From Paraphysomonas bandaiensis (lineage: Eukaryota > Protista > Chrysophyceae), in assembly GCA_965644295.1 (NCBI GenBank), contig CBFFRP010000590.1, positions 1 through 46,520 on the forward strand: DNA of 46,520 nt, written 5' to 3'. Shown piece after piece: positions 1 through 10,384 of this stretch (positions are counted from its first letter, which is position 1; every line of letters begins with the position of its first letter). The position numbers and the translations under genes were made by a program. The notes beneath the pieces were generated by a model. It had not been told where the DNA came from. It saw only the letters and a list, made by a program, of their open reading frames with translations, and did no database searches.

Positions 1-1749
1 TCTGTCCTGGCTCTTCCATGAAGAAGTCCTCTCAGTCGCAAGGCAATTCGGAGAAGGTTTTTCTTGGTGGCTTGCTTTTCGTTCCAACCCAGGATTACTC
101 GTGGGTCCGCGTTGCGATAGCTGCACCAGAAGTTGATGTCTGATATGCCTTTGATGTGACCCTGAGAACTCCTGAGATAGGAGTCCCATCGGATGAACCA
201 TGCAGTGATGATTTCGTGGGTGGGGGTGGTTGCCGGGGGCCCGCGCCATCCATGCCGTTTGTATCCGGCAGAATTGAACATCTTTTGGATAATCCGCAAA
301 ACCATGAGCATTCCTTCCTGTATTACTCTCATTTCCGGGAAAAAGCCATTCTTGAACTTTGAGCGTTTGCGCTGACAGCGTTCGTGTAGTCGTGTGCTAT
401 AAGTACATGCAGGACGCTTCGCTTCAAGCGAAGCCTGGAGGGTTATGTGATGGATGGCCGCTAGTCTGTTGGCTGCCACCTCAGGAGGGAGTATGGCAGA
501 CGATCCGTTGTCTAAATGTGGTAGTTGTGCATGAAGTTGGAGGAGTCTTGCGGTGTATGCCTGTACTTCCTTGGAGTCCTTCGGGTTTACATTGAGACGG
601 GGGGGGATTCGGAGGTGCGACTCAGGTGGTCGAGGGTCAAGATTGACTGGTACAGTGAAACCGACCCAGACCGGTCGATGATCGAAGGCTGCTGCGAGTA
701 GTGAGGGGGAGTCAAGGCAGCCAGTGTCCGTAACAGACATGTTCGGAAGTAACGGCGTGTGTAGAATATGATCGATCCGCGATATTCCTTTGTCTAATCT
801 GTGGAAGGTATGGTATGTTTTCCTGGGTAGGAGAAGCTCATGGAGTGGTGCAGCCAGTTGGAGTTTGTCGGCAAGTGGTCGTATGTCTCTGCCTTTCGGA
901 TTTGTCTCCATGGAGCCATTGAAGTCGCCGGCGACAATGACAGTATGGTCCTTGGCTCTGGCTTTAGTGACCCATTTCGTAAGGATGTTGCATAGGAGCT
1001 TGTAGGGGTCAGCAGTACAGATACCACGGGACGCTCTCCCTAGCTTGGTCAATTTGCTCCATAATGTGCAAGAGCCTGGCGTGGATGGCTTCGGGGGTAG
1101 ATAGACGCTTATTAGTACTAGGGTGTGCGCCACCGACGTTTTGAACTCTAGTCGGCTCACTAAACCAAGTCCCGTAAAGTCAGCCTTTGTGAAGGCGAGA
1201 CGGCGCTTCCAGTATTCGCTGATTATGACTACTGTACCCCCCATTAGTGGGTCTCTTGAAGTCAGTTTTGGCTGCTTGCTGAGGAAGAGGCATATTCTTG
1301 ATCCCTGGATTGCATCTTCTATGATACGCGTGAAGAAGTTGGCCTGAGTTTCTGTTAGACGGACATCCTGTAATAGGAGCACGTCCAATTTTTGCCGCTT
1401 GAAGTGTCGGATGATAGCTTGGACTTTGCCTGTGTGAGATGCCGGATTGCCATTTGTGTTCCATGTGGAGAGTCGGAGTCCCATGGCTGCTCCCGAGGGA
1501 GCCTTGGGGATGCTGCTGGAGGTCTCTGTAGGAGTTCCACTCTTGTCTGCAAGGAGTCTGTCCCATACTGCTTTATTGGCACCGCCTATGTCGCTGTCGT
1601 ACGCAGCCCTGGCTTGGATTAATATCTCAAGTGGCCAGCGTTGATCACACCAGTAATGATGCCCGTAGTTGATGAGAAGTTCTTCATCCTTAGCAATGGG
1701 ACGTATTGTACGGACATAGAGGCGTGTATTTTTCGTGACAAACTTGACG
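1..1749 (-). CDS. Polyprotein continuation after a 1-nt frameshift: SET C-terminus plus APE endonuclease (~1480-665); open to the window edge
   Basis: Manual translation gives VKFVTKNTRLYVRTIRPIAKDEELLINYGHHYW...LRLSTWNTNG...DVLLLQDVR...LISVYLPP...VIVAGDFNG...HTF...ISRIDHILH...FDHRPVWV...LHGRART, with no stop down to base 1. Absent from the ORF track, presumably because it has no stop codon in the window. Confidence 0.85.
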
Positions 1750-4700
1750 ATTAGCTATGTTTGTGGCTAGGGGGTCATTAATATACCCAGCTTCGCATGT
1801 TACACATTGTCGGACTTGGTCAAAGCCATCTATTGCGAAGGTACCAGTACTGTCTTGAACTATGTAATCAGAACGCCTTGCAGACTGACTCAGCTTTGTT
1901 AGTGGATAGCGTTTGCCTTTGTACTCAGCAATGATGACGTCTGCTGGGAATGTGTTCTTCGCATAAAGGGATAGTCCTTTGGCAGTGTTATCGGCGTACG
2001 CAATGTAGAACTTTCTTGACCAGTCCTTGTCCCAGCTGGTGGTATCAAGTGCTGGAGTTGGTCTGATCGTTCGTGTGGTCGTGGATTGGTGTGAGTTGTG
2101 AAGGTTCGTTGGTTGGTCACTTTCATCGTAATTTACGACCTTTTTGGCTTTCCGGGTGGGCTGGCATCGACTTGTCAACGCAGTTTGGGCGTGTTTCAAC
2201 TGCATCTTCTTGTGCGATGGTAGTGCTCCAGGGGTTGAAGCCTGCAGAATCTGTCGATTTGTTCGTGCTAACTTGGTGTTGCTGGACGAGGTTGTTCTGG
2301 TGCTGGTCGTCCTTGATGTCCTATTGTTGTTCGTGATTGAGTCCGCGGGAAGTGTAGGTGGAGCGATGGGGTCAGACGTAGAGAGTATACTGGTGGCCAA
2401 GGTGTTTTCAAGAGATAGTAGGGCGTTGTCTAGGGCAGTAGAAAGACCGGCAGGGTCTAAGAGGAAGTAGTGAGCATCTTGTAGTATGACATGGTAGTAA
2501 TTATCACGAATAGCGTTCCTAAGTTCCTCCACTTTCCATGCGATGTTATAAGCTACTTTGTCAGTAGGGATGCCTACAATGCTGAGATAATTACCATTTT
2601 GCGCCCACGTCGTGCAGGGGTTGATAGTAGAGGCTAAAAGGTGGACCTCTCGCACTGAGAGCCAGTGAGTTATGTCGTCCTCCGTAGTGTATGTTGTTTT
2701 GGTAGGTATTAAAAGTGCGGCCTGTGCGTGATCCAACTTATGTCGTAGTGGCTGAAGTGTGTGATGGGCCATGCACTCCCGTTGCATTGTGTCGAACGCT
2801 TGGGTGCCTAATGTATTTATAAAAGATGCTAGCGTGTGACGGTCCTTGCGTTGTTTGAGGTCTAATTTCAGACAGGAGCGAGTGTGTCGCCTGCTTGAAG
2901 CAAGAATGTGCAGATGATAGAGTGTGCTGTATGCGCAGTACCCATCACTTGGGATATGTTGTTGTGTGCGAAGGACTGAGGGTCTGAGGGTGAGGCGATA
3001 GACTCTGCTCATGTCGCACATATGGAGCCTGAGTTGTCGACGGTCCGTGGGGTTCATCTGCCGTAGTTGACGTCGAGCTCTCGGTGACAAGGAGACTGCA
3101 ATTACTTCCCTCTGTTCCTGTTGCTCTCTTTGCTCATGTAGCATAGATGGTACAGTTGACGGTTCAGAAGTCCAGATGATGTTGGTGCTCTGTCTGGAGG
3201 TCTGGTGTTGTAGAAAACAGGATAGCCGCTCCTGAGTCCGTGTTAGAGCGTGCATGATGCAGGTGGGGATATTTGTTGCATTTAGTATGTGAAACCCATG
3301 CTGGCTGCGTATGATGTCATGGGTTACCACAGTGTTGGTAGAAGCGTGCACTGTTAGTGCCTGTCTGGAGAATGGTGATAGCTGTGCCCAACCAGGCGCC
3401 AGGTGCGGTTGAACAGCGTCCCATAGTCTGTATGGTATGGAGAGAAGATCGAGTAGCAGTTGGAAATCCTCCGTGTCTAGATGTAGTCCTGTGTGTGGAT
3501 TCGAGGATTCATATTGCATAAGTGTCTTACGGAGAGTGACAGTGGCTGTTGAGGGAATACCCTTTGTCAGGCAAAGGGTCCGCACATGCCTAGATACAAC
3601 ATGAGTGGAGTCTGCCCAGGGTTTGTTGCCATTCGCGAGATGCTGGGCAACTAGTAGGGCGCTGTGCGTGGTGTCCAATTTGTGCTCTGGTAGCGTGAAT
3701 GATATCATGAGATCATAGTTGTCCGTCCTGGAAGCCTTGGCTATGAATCCTTCCCATACGTCTAAACAGGCAGGGGATAGCATGTGTGCGTATATTTCTT
3801 TTAAAAGGTTTCCCTGTGGGGAGGCAGCAATGGTTTGGGTTTCATCATATCTAACCCAGTTGTTCAGCAGATCGGAGTGAAAGGGCGTGTGACCCCGGCC
3901 CTCTGTGTAGTGTAGGGGGTGTGTGGCAATATCCTTGGGCAGTACATCCGGCCTGATGTCAGGAGTGGTAGTGGAGAGTGAGGATGGGCCGTCTGGGGCT
4001 AATGCTGGAGTTTCCATGGTGTTCAGTTGAGTAAGGTTGGTGGTAGGTGGCTTCCGTTTGACTGGGAAATAGTCAAATAACGTTGCATACGGTGTGGTGG
4101 CATCCTTAGTGGGTAAGGGTAATGTGTGGGTGGATTTGCTGGGTCCGTCACCGCTGTTATCGGAGGAGAATTCCTTCCCCTGAAGGGCGTGGGAGGGATG
4201 GTTGATGGACCTGGCACGATGGACTCCTTGCATTCCCTTGGAATGACATTGCAACACATTTTGGAGACGCATGATGACGAGGTCAGGAATTCTCTCGAGT
4301 AGCGCGTGTAGTTCCAACTCCACCGGGTATTTGGTGTCCAGGAAGAAGTGATCGTTGGAGCAAAACACATCATAAGATGGAAGGAATTGAGTTTGTGGAA
4401 GGAAGGAGGAATGGTGGGTGGACCAGTACGCCCAGTAAGGGAGAGGCGATAGTTTGTCCGGGGGTTTTCTAGGAGGAGGTAGAGTGTACTGTGTGCGTGT
4501 ATGACACTGCAGTGGTGTTATGAGTGTGTTGGACAGAGAGAGAGAGCTGGTGATGTGTCCAACAGTACAGGTAGACAGGTACATGGACATGGTGATGTGT
4601 CCAACAGTACAGGTAGACAGGTACATGGACATGGTGATGTGTCCAACAGCAGTAGAGGTATACACGGAATGGTATACATCCTGTAGGACACAGTAGTACA

Positions 4701-5235
4701 GTAGTCGAGTATACCGTATGCGGAATGCAGTGTCTATCCAATGAGATGGATGGGCTGTGGGGGTGATAGGTGAACAGGGTGAGGGGGTAGCCTGCTGGGT
4801 GGATGGACCACAGACAAACCATGTTGGGTTGGGTTGAGTGGGCGGCAGAAGGCAGCCCTGTTGCACAGTTGAGAGGGATCGAGAGTATTCAGTGATTGCA
4901 TAGGGGGTCCATGGGGGTCGTTTTCGTGAGCCTGCTCGCACGAGCCATGTTCTGAGAGGTTGTAGCCGTAGAAAGCGATGCGTGAGACGAAGTTGTCTGC
5001 TGAGGGGATAGCACGTAGGTGCGGTCAGCGCTGCATTGGTGCAGGCACGTGGTTTAACTGAAGTAGTTGAGTAGGGTGAAGGTTGCAAGGCCAGGCAGGG
5101 GGGCTTGGAGCGTGTACAACATGGTGTGACAGGTAATTTGTCGGAAGCGTGGTGGTCAACAAAATGCAGCAGTAAGGGAGTGTAAAAGGCCCTGGGCACA
5201 CTGATGTGACTCAGCCACGGTCTCAATAGAGACAT
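1750..5235 (-). CDS. Polyprotein, N-terminal part: P/T/S-rich region, OTU-like protease (~2970-2455), N-terminal half of SET domain (~2010-1750)
   Basis: OTU-like motifs HIPSDGYCAY ... HWLSVREVHLLA ... VILQDAHYFLL. SET motifs KGLSLYAK, IIAEYKG, AIDG, AGYINDP...AN. Confidence 0.75.
4549..4649. repeat. 42-bp tandem repeat, ~2.4 copies, coding (VGHITMSMYLSTCT)
   Basis: Unit ggtgatgtgtccaacagtacaggtagacaggtacatggacat at 4549 and 4591, partial copy at 4633. Confidence 0.95.
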
Positions 5236-5624
5236 TGGGCTTGGAGCTGGTTAATAGAGTGAAACTTTAGGTTGGACTGTATTTGCCATCGTAGGGCAGA
5301 GAATTTTTTCAAGTTCAGTTACCTTATTCATGTACTTCACCATCCGAAATATATGTCTAATGTTGATAAGTTGAAATTCGTAGTAGATATATATTGTGAG
5401 GCATAAGTAACATATTGTCGCTACTATATGTGCAAAAGGAACGATAAAAAGTGATTTGTGTTGGAGCACACTTGGTCGACCATAGAATATTTAATTCAAC
5501 CAGGAGTATTTGACATTGTGATATTATAAGTTTTAAAGTAAAGAACATCGACTAATAATACAGCAATTTTGCAACAGTGTCATCTCGCAAAACAACGTAG
5601 ACATTAGAAAAGTTCAACATAAGT

Positions 5625-8330
5625 CTAGGAACTATTATCTGTTAAAAATTTTACAAACCGCTTTGCGTAACTGACTGAGTCGACTGAGCTGATTTGACTA
5701 ACATCGTTTGTAAGGCCCTGTATCCAAGCAACTATGAGAACAAATAGGGAAATATATATATAGTAAGCAACCTTTATAATTGTTTCAGCGCGCTTTGATG
5801 CATTGTACTGTTGCAATATGTCAATGATGCCTATATAGTATATCTCGTCACCACGGGTCTCATTGCCAAGACGTGCATTGATTCCTGCATCTGACCTACT
5901 TGTCCACGGATGAACCATTGCTGCTCCAGGGCCAAAAGTAAGCCGTTTAGTAGATATCATTTCTTTTTCAGCATCCCGAGAAAGGTCTGCGAGATTCTGT
6001 TTCTGGTTAAAGAGAGCTCTCACTGCGCGCCCCTCTTCACCTGTTATACCCAGACCAATCCCACTGTTTTTCTTATCGACAGACACCATATTGTCATCTT
6101 CCATGACGGAATTATCTCCAACAAGTTGGGGCATCATACTAATGGTACCTTCAGGGTTAGAGGATGTTGAAGTGATGTCATTAGACCGCTCAGGGAGGGG
6201 TGGATCATTAGCTACATCATTTACTCTAGCACCCATAGAGTCCACATTCTGATTCAGCTCTAATAATGCAGAGGCAGAAGTCTCTGCATCCATGGACCCG
6301 AACAACTTCAACACACTCTCATCAAAAGGCACTTCGCTATCCCCATCATCTGGGTCAATAAAGTCTATCTCGCCCTCATCATCGTACATATCCACGTCAG
6401 AGGGTGCATCCGAAACCACACTAGCCTCATCAAATGACCGCTGGTCAACGACATTGGTCTCTTCGGAGGCCAACCTCTCTCGCTGAGACGCCGTATGGGG
6501 ATCTCTCAAGTGGTCGGCCACGCCATTGATTACGTCCTGTGCACTGACATATGCTCTCTCGTTTAGCGCGGCAGACATACGTCGGGCATTCGCCTGTCGA
6601 CTGACTCGTCTTCTAGCAGCACTAGTGGGCAATACTAGAGATTTGGAGCGAGGCCGTAGATATGGATTCTTTTTCGGCAAGTCAGCAACAGCAGCCTCGC
6701 CTGTATCAACAGAAAGCTGCTTCACTATTTCGATATTCCCCGGAGCACTTCTGCTCAACGCTTCTAAATATAGATCGCTACTATTCTCCACAACATCAAC
6801 CGGACTCTTTGCCAAAGATAATGCTTCCATTTTTCTGAACGGTGTCTTGGAGCGAACATTCGATATATGTGGTTGTTGAATCTGCTGATGTGGTTGATTC
6901 GACTCCTCCGGTTTGGAGTGAGCGGTAGGTTTAACTTCGTGCTCAATAGGATCCTGTGCGACGTAACGAGATGACCTGTAATGGATTCCAACCAGCAGAG
7001 AGTAGTCCATAATATTTAGCTTCGACAAGAATGTAGCATCTTTTTCTATCTGAGAGAGAAACAGCTGTCTCTTTGATCCCAATTTAAGCTTAACACCATC
7101 ATCAATTAGATCGTTGTCTTTGAGCACCCCTCCCACCTCTCTGTCGCGCGCAGAGGCTTTGCGACCGATGAGACTACCCTTCAGGTCATAAATTTTGTTT
7201 ATAGGTTCCGGTGTGTCAAATACGCTGCCCATTATCACAAAATGAACTTTTCGATTGAGGTGATACATCTTCACGCGGTGCATGCCATATATGCGCACAA
7301 GAAATGTATGTGGGTTCTCCGTGACGTAGCGGTAGTAATGGGGTAATATACGCTTCATAAATTTGTTTTCCTCATTTGTCTGTGTCTTGATCATGTAGCG
7401 TCCATCGTGAGAGTAGAAAAAGAATTGACCACTCTTTGAGTTCGAAATGAACTCCAAGTAATTATAGTTCCCTGAAACAGGCCATTTCATTTCGCAACAC
7501 CCCAATATATAAGTGCACGTACCACAAACAGAGAGCATATAACTGACAGAGTCGACACCAAAGAAATCACGTATCCTTGAGAACACGAGTGGTGCGTAGG
7601 TCTTAAATTTGAACGTATGAGCCAGTTGATGCGGAGGTGTGCGGAACAGACCGTGACTATTTCCATTGGGAGGAAAGCTGATCTTTTCGACATAGCTAAA
7701 GTCTCCTAAAGCGAGGTTCTGTGTCGGAGTCATACTTGAGCGACCAACCTGCACAGAATGAATTACGAACAGCAGCATGAACAACATTCTTCTTACCGCA
7801 CAACGCATGCCCAGCATCATGCCCGCAGTAAGTGTGTACAATTCATGCACCCCATCAATAACCTTGCCTTTAAAATTTCTACTGAACCGTTTGTCTTTTT
7901 TCTTCCTCTTGAACCCTCTTGTTACATTCTTGACTTTAGGATGTTTGATTCCTTTTATCTTTCTGATTCCTTTCGCCAATCGAGATATCTTAACTTCAGC
8001 ATTGGCTGATATGAAGACATCACATGAGATAATATCACATTATAACAACAGACAGAGAGAGACAAACGCTCATAACAGACAGACAGACACACAGACACTC
8101 ATCGCATGTATCTGTCTAGTTTGATGAGGAACATATACTGTACCTTGTAGAGCCTCAGCTGCTGGAGTTCCCTCTGCAGGAGGAACGAACGTAAACATGA
8201 GCTCTGACTGATCGCGAGACTCCAGCTCACTATCCGCAAGAGTGGGGACAGTTGTAGGGGCGAGGTGCTTGTTCATCGTCTCAATACTCTGAGGTTGCAA
8301 TACAGGACCGCTGGAGTCATATTCACACAT
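5625..8330 (-). CDS. Phosphatidylinositol phosphate kinase (PIP5K family)
   Basis: Motifs FKFKTYAP, SKSGQFFFYSHDGRYMIKT, YDLKGS, LKDND, IMDYSLLVGIH, YIGIIDILQQY. Introns 8006-8143, 7749-7796, 7472-7522 and 5718-5771 keep the frame. True start codon is uncertain. Confidence 0.92.
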
Positions 8331-8664
8331 CTTCTTTATATATGAACACTATGAGATACAGTGCAGTGTATGTATATATAGAGAGACCCACACACTCACA
8401 CAGCTATACGAAGTTAATTATAGGAGCCCTTGAAGATACAAGTACAAGCCTTCACTTCCATGTATATTGGCGGTATAGTACTATGCTACCATGCAGCATA
8501 TTCAACTATATTTCGACTTCGTTTTGATGACAAGAAACCATTCAACACTATCTGTCCTATCTCATACCGCCCTACACGTACGTACAAAGATACCTACATA
8601 CTCTAGATACATTTCACAGAGTCGAGGTGCTCCCTACCACCATAGCATACTCCTAAGAATTCCA

Positions 8665-8763
8665 TCGATCAGGCTAAAACATACCCTTTTTGTTGTTTGC
8701 ATAATATTTTGATCACGAAAAAACAGATTATAACAAAAAACCTGGAGTTTTTAGCCTGATCGA
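8665..8763. repeat. Short inverted-repeat element (MITE-like)
   Basis: tcgatcaggctaaaa ... ttttagcctgatcga, a perfect 15-bp inverted repeat around an AT-rich core. Confidence 0.6.
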
Positions 8764-8832
8764 CACTGTGGGGCGGTGGTCCCGTAAACAAAAATTCCGA
8801 TCCTCCAGAGCCTATAGGAACGGAGGCATGGC

Positions 8833-9456
8833 TGCTATTTCTGGGGGGGGTATCAAAATGGTGTACTATTTAACAGGGTTTTCCATATCTAGATATAATA
8901 ATTGTCGCTCCAGTGAGTACAAGAGATCCCTTATTACGTACTCAATCATTTACACCATTTTATGAGTAAAAGTCATGGGATCGATGCCTCGCATGATGCC
9001 TCGATCGATCCCATACTCATAAAATTGTTGAAGTGAGTCATGACTGTCATAAGGGATCTCTTGTACTCACTGCTGCTGCTATCTGCCAGATTCTCATCCA
9101 GGTCGTCCAAGACAGAACCATCATCACTTGTGAGTTCCATATTACGATTTACAACCACAGTTTATTACGTTATGTGTACGCTAAGATTATACTAATATCA
9201 TCAGTATATAGAGTATGAAGATGGCAGTTGACTATAATGAGATCTTCATGATTGATTATTATGGTGTATTATACGCACTTATTTCTCTAAAAGCAGGAGT
9301 TTCTACCGTTGTATAGGGAATATACGTTAGTGATGTGATGTAGACCTTGTTCCAGACCGGTTCCGGAACGACAACTATCATATCTAGATATGGAAAATCC
9401 TGTTAAAAATAGTACACCAGTTATTGATAACCCTTATATCCCACCCAGAAATAGCA
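8833..9456. repeat. Outer long imperfect inverted repeat (arms 8833-8911 and 9365-9456), foldback/MITE-like
   Basis: tgctatttctggg...tggtgtactattt...aacagg.ttttccatatctagatat..ta.ttgtcg.tcc is matched in reverse complement at 9365-9456. Weaker similarity extends to ~8764 and ~9517. Confidence 0.75.
8911..9072. mobile_element. Hairpin MITE-like element nested inside the outer inverted repeat
   Basis: Perfect 24-bp terminal inverted repeat cagtgagtacaagagatcccttat, plus inner pairs attttatgagta/tactcataaaat and atgggatcgat/atcgatcccat. Confidence 0.7.
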
Positions 9457-10384
9457 TAGTTCCATATCCGGATATGCTCTGTATATTTCTTTGTCAAGGG
9501 CTTCAACCACACCAATGAATGTTACATGTGCTCTCCATTTGAGCCCTCCCACTCATTCAAGTTCTATTGAACCGAAAGCAAATAAAATTATCATACTATA
9601 CAGTCGAGACACAGGTCCATCCGGTGATATAGTCAAGATAGCATAGCATAGAGCGAACATGTTTATGTTGTTTTGGGCCTAGAAAGATAAGGGCTTACAT
9701 ATAAGGTTATGGTTTGGCATCATCTGCCTTAGAGAGTAACTAAAGCACGAGGTGGTTGTTAATAGTATGAATTTTGTCTGTGTTCCTTTAATAATTACAG
9801 TGATAAATATATATAGTGATTTAGTGAAATAACGACCAGAATCTATTTAAGACTTTATTACTAACATATATGACGAGTAGCAATACCATAGTGTGTTGTA
9901 TTATGCTTGGACTGCTCACTGTGTCCGTGTCATATCGAGATTAGTGTCACTATGGTCTGATTTCATTGACAATGTATCTCGATCATTGCATGTAGAATGT
10001 AGACAGAGTAGAATGCAACTAAGTCGGAGAAATGAGAAATTGTACTTATCGGTTGAGATACTTTTTTATGACAAGCTTACATGTGAGAAGCATACACTGA
10101 AATTTGTGTGCACCAACGTACGATTTCTGTACACGACCATTTATCTTAATTCTGTATGGTATGAGATGATAAATTTAAGCACATTATTAGTATTTTAGAT
10201 GGTTAAGGATATCGCTTCCATACAAAACATTATTAAGTACCAATCATTACATTGCTCCACATTTGATAAAATGGTTGGCAAAATCGGACTGATAAGACAA
10301 TGAATATGCTTCGTAGACGGCAAGATAATTCATGAGATGATTACTGGACAGTGCAAGAAGCATGCAGGGTACATTACGGACAGA

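Larger units (their letters stand above)
1..5250 (-). mobile_element. APE-type non-LTR retrotransposon (LINE-like) with OTU-like and SET domains upstream of the endonuclease; continues beyond the left window edge
   Basis: Intronless, more GC-rich block with an abrupt switch to AT-rich DNA at ~5250. ORF 5235-1690 plus a second frame open from ~1749 to base 1, which contains APE motifs (LSTWNTNG, LLLQDV, SVYLP, AGDFN, SRIDHI, DHRPV). RT is not in the window, so the LINE assignment is inferred. Confidence 0.8.

Noticed and set aside
156-1644. Short ORFs listed in the track over the APE region
   Set aside because: The real coding frame is the unlisted minus frame open to base 1; these are overlaps.
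4549-4649. 42-bp repeats as a CRISPR array
   Set aside because: Head-to-tail with no unique spacers, in frame inside an ORF, eukaryotic context.
8736-8751. aaaaacctggagtttt shared with the gypsy LTR near 46488
   Set aside because: Short, low-complexity match with no extension, and it differs in the other LTR copy.
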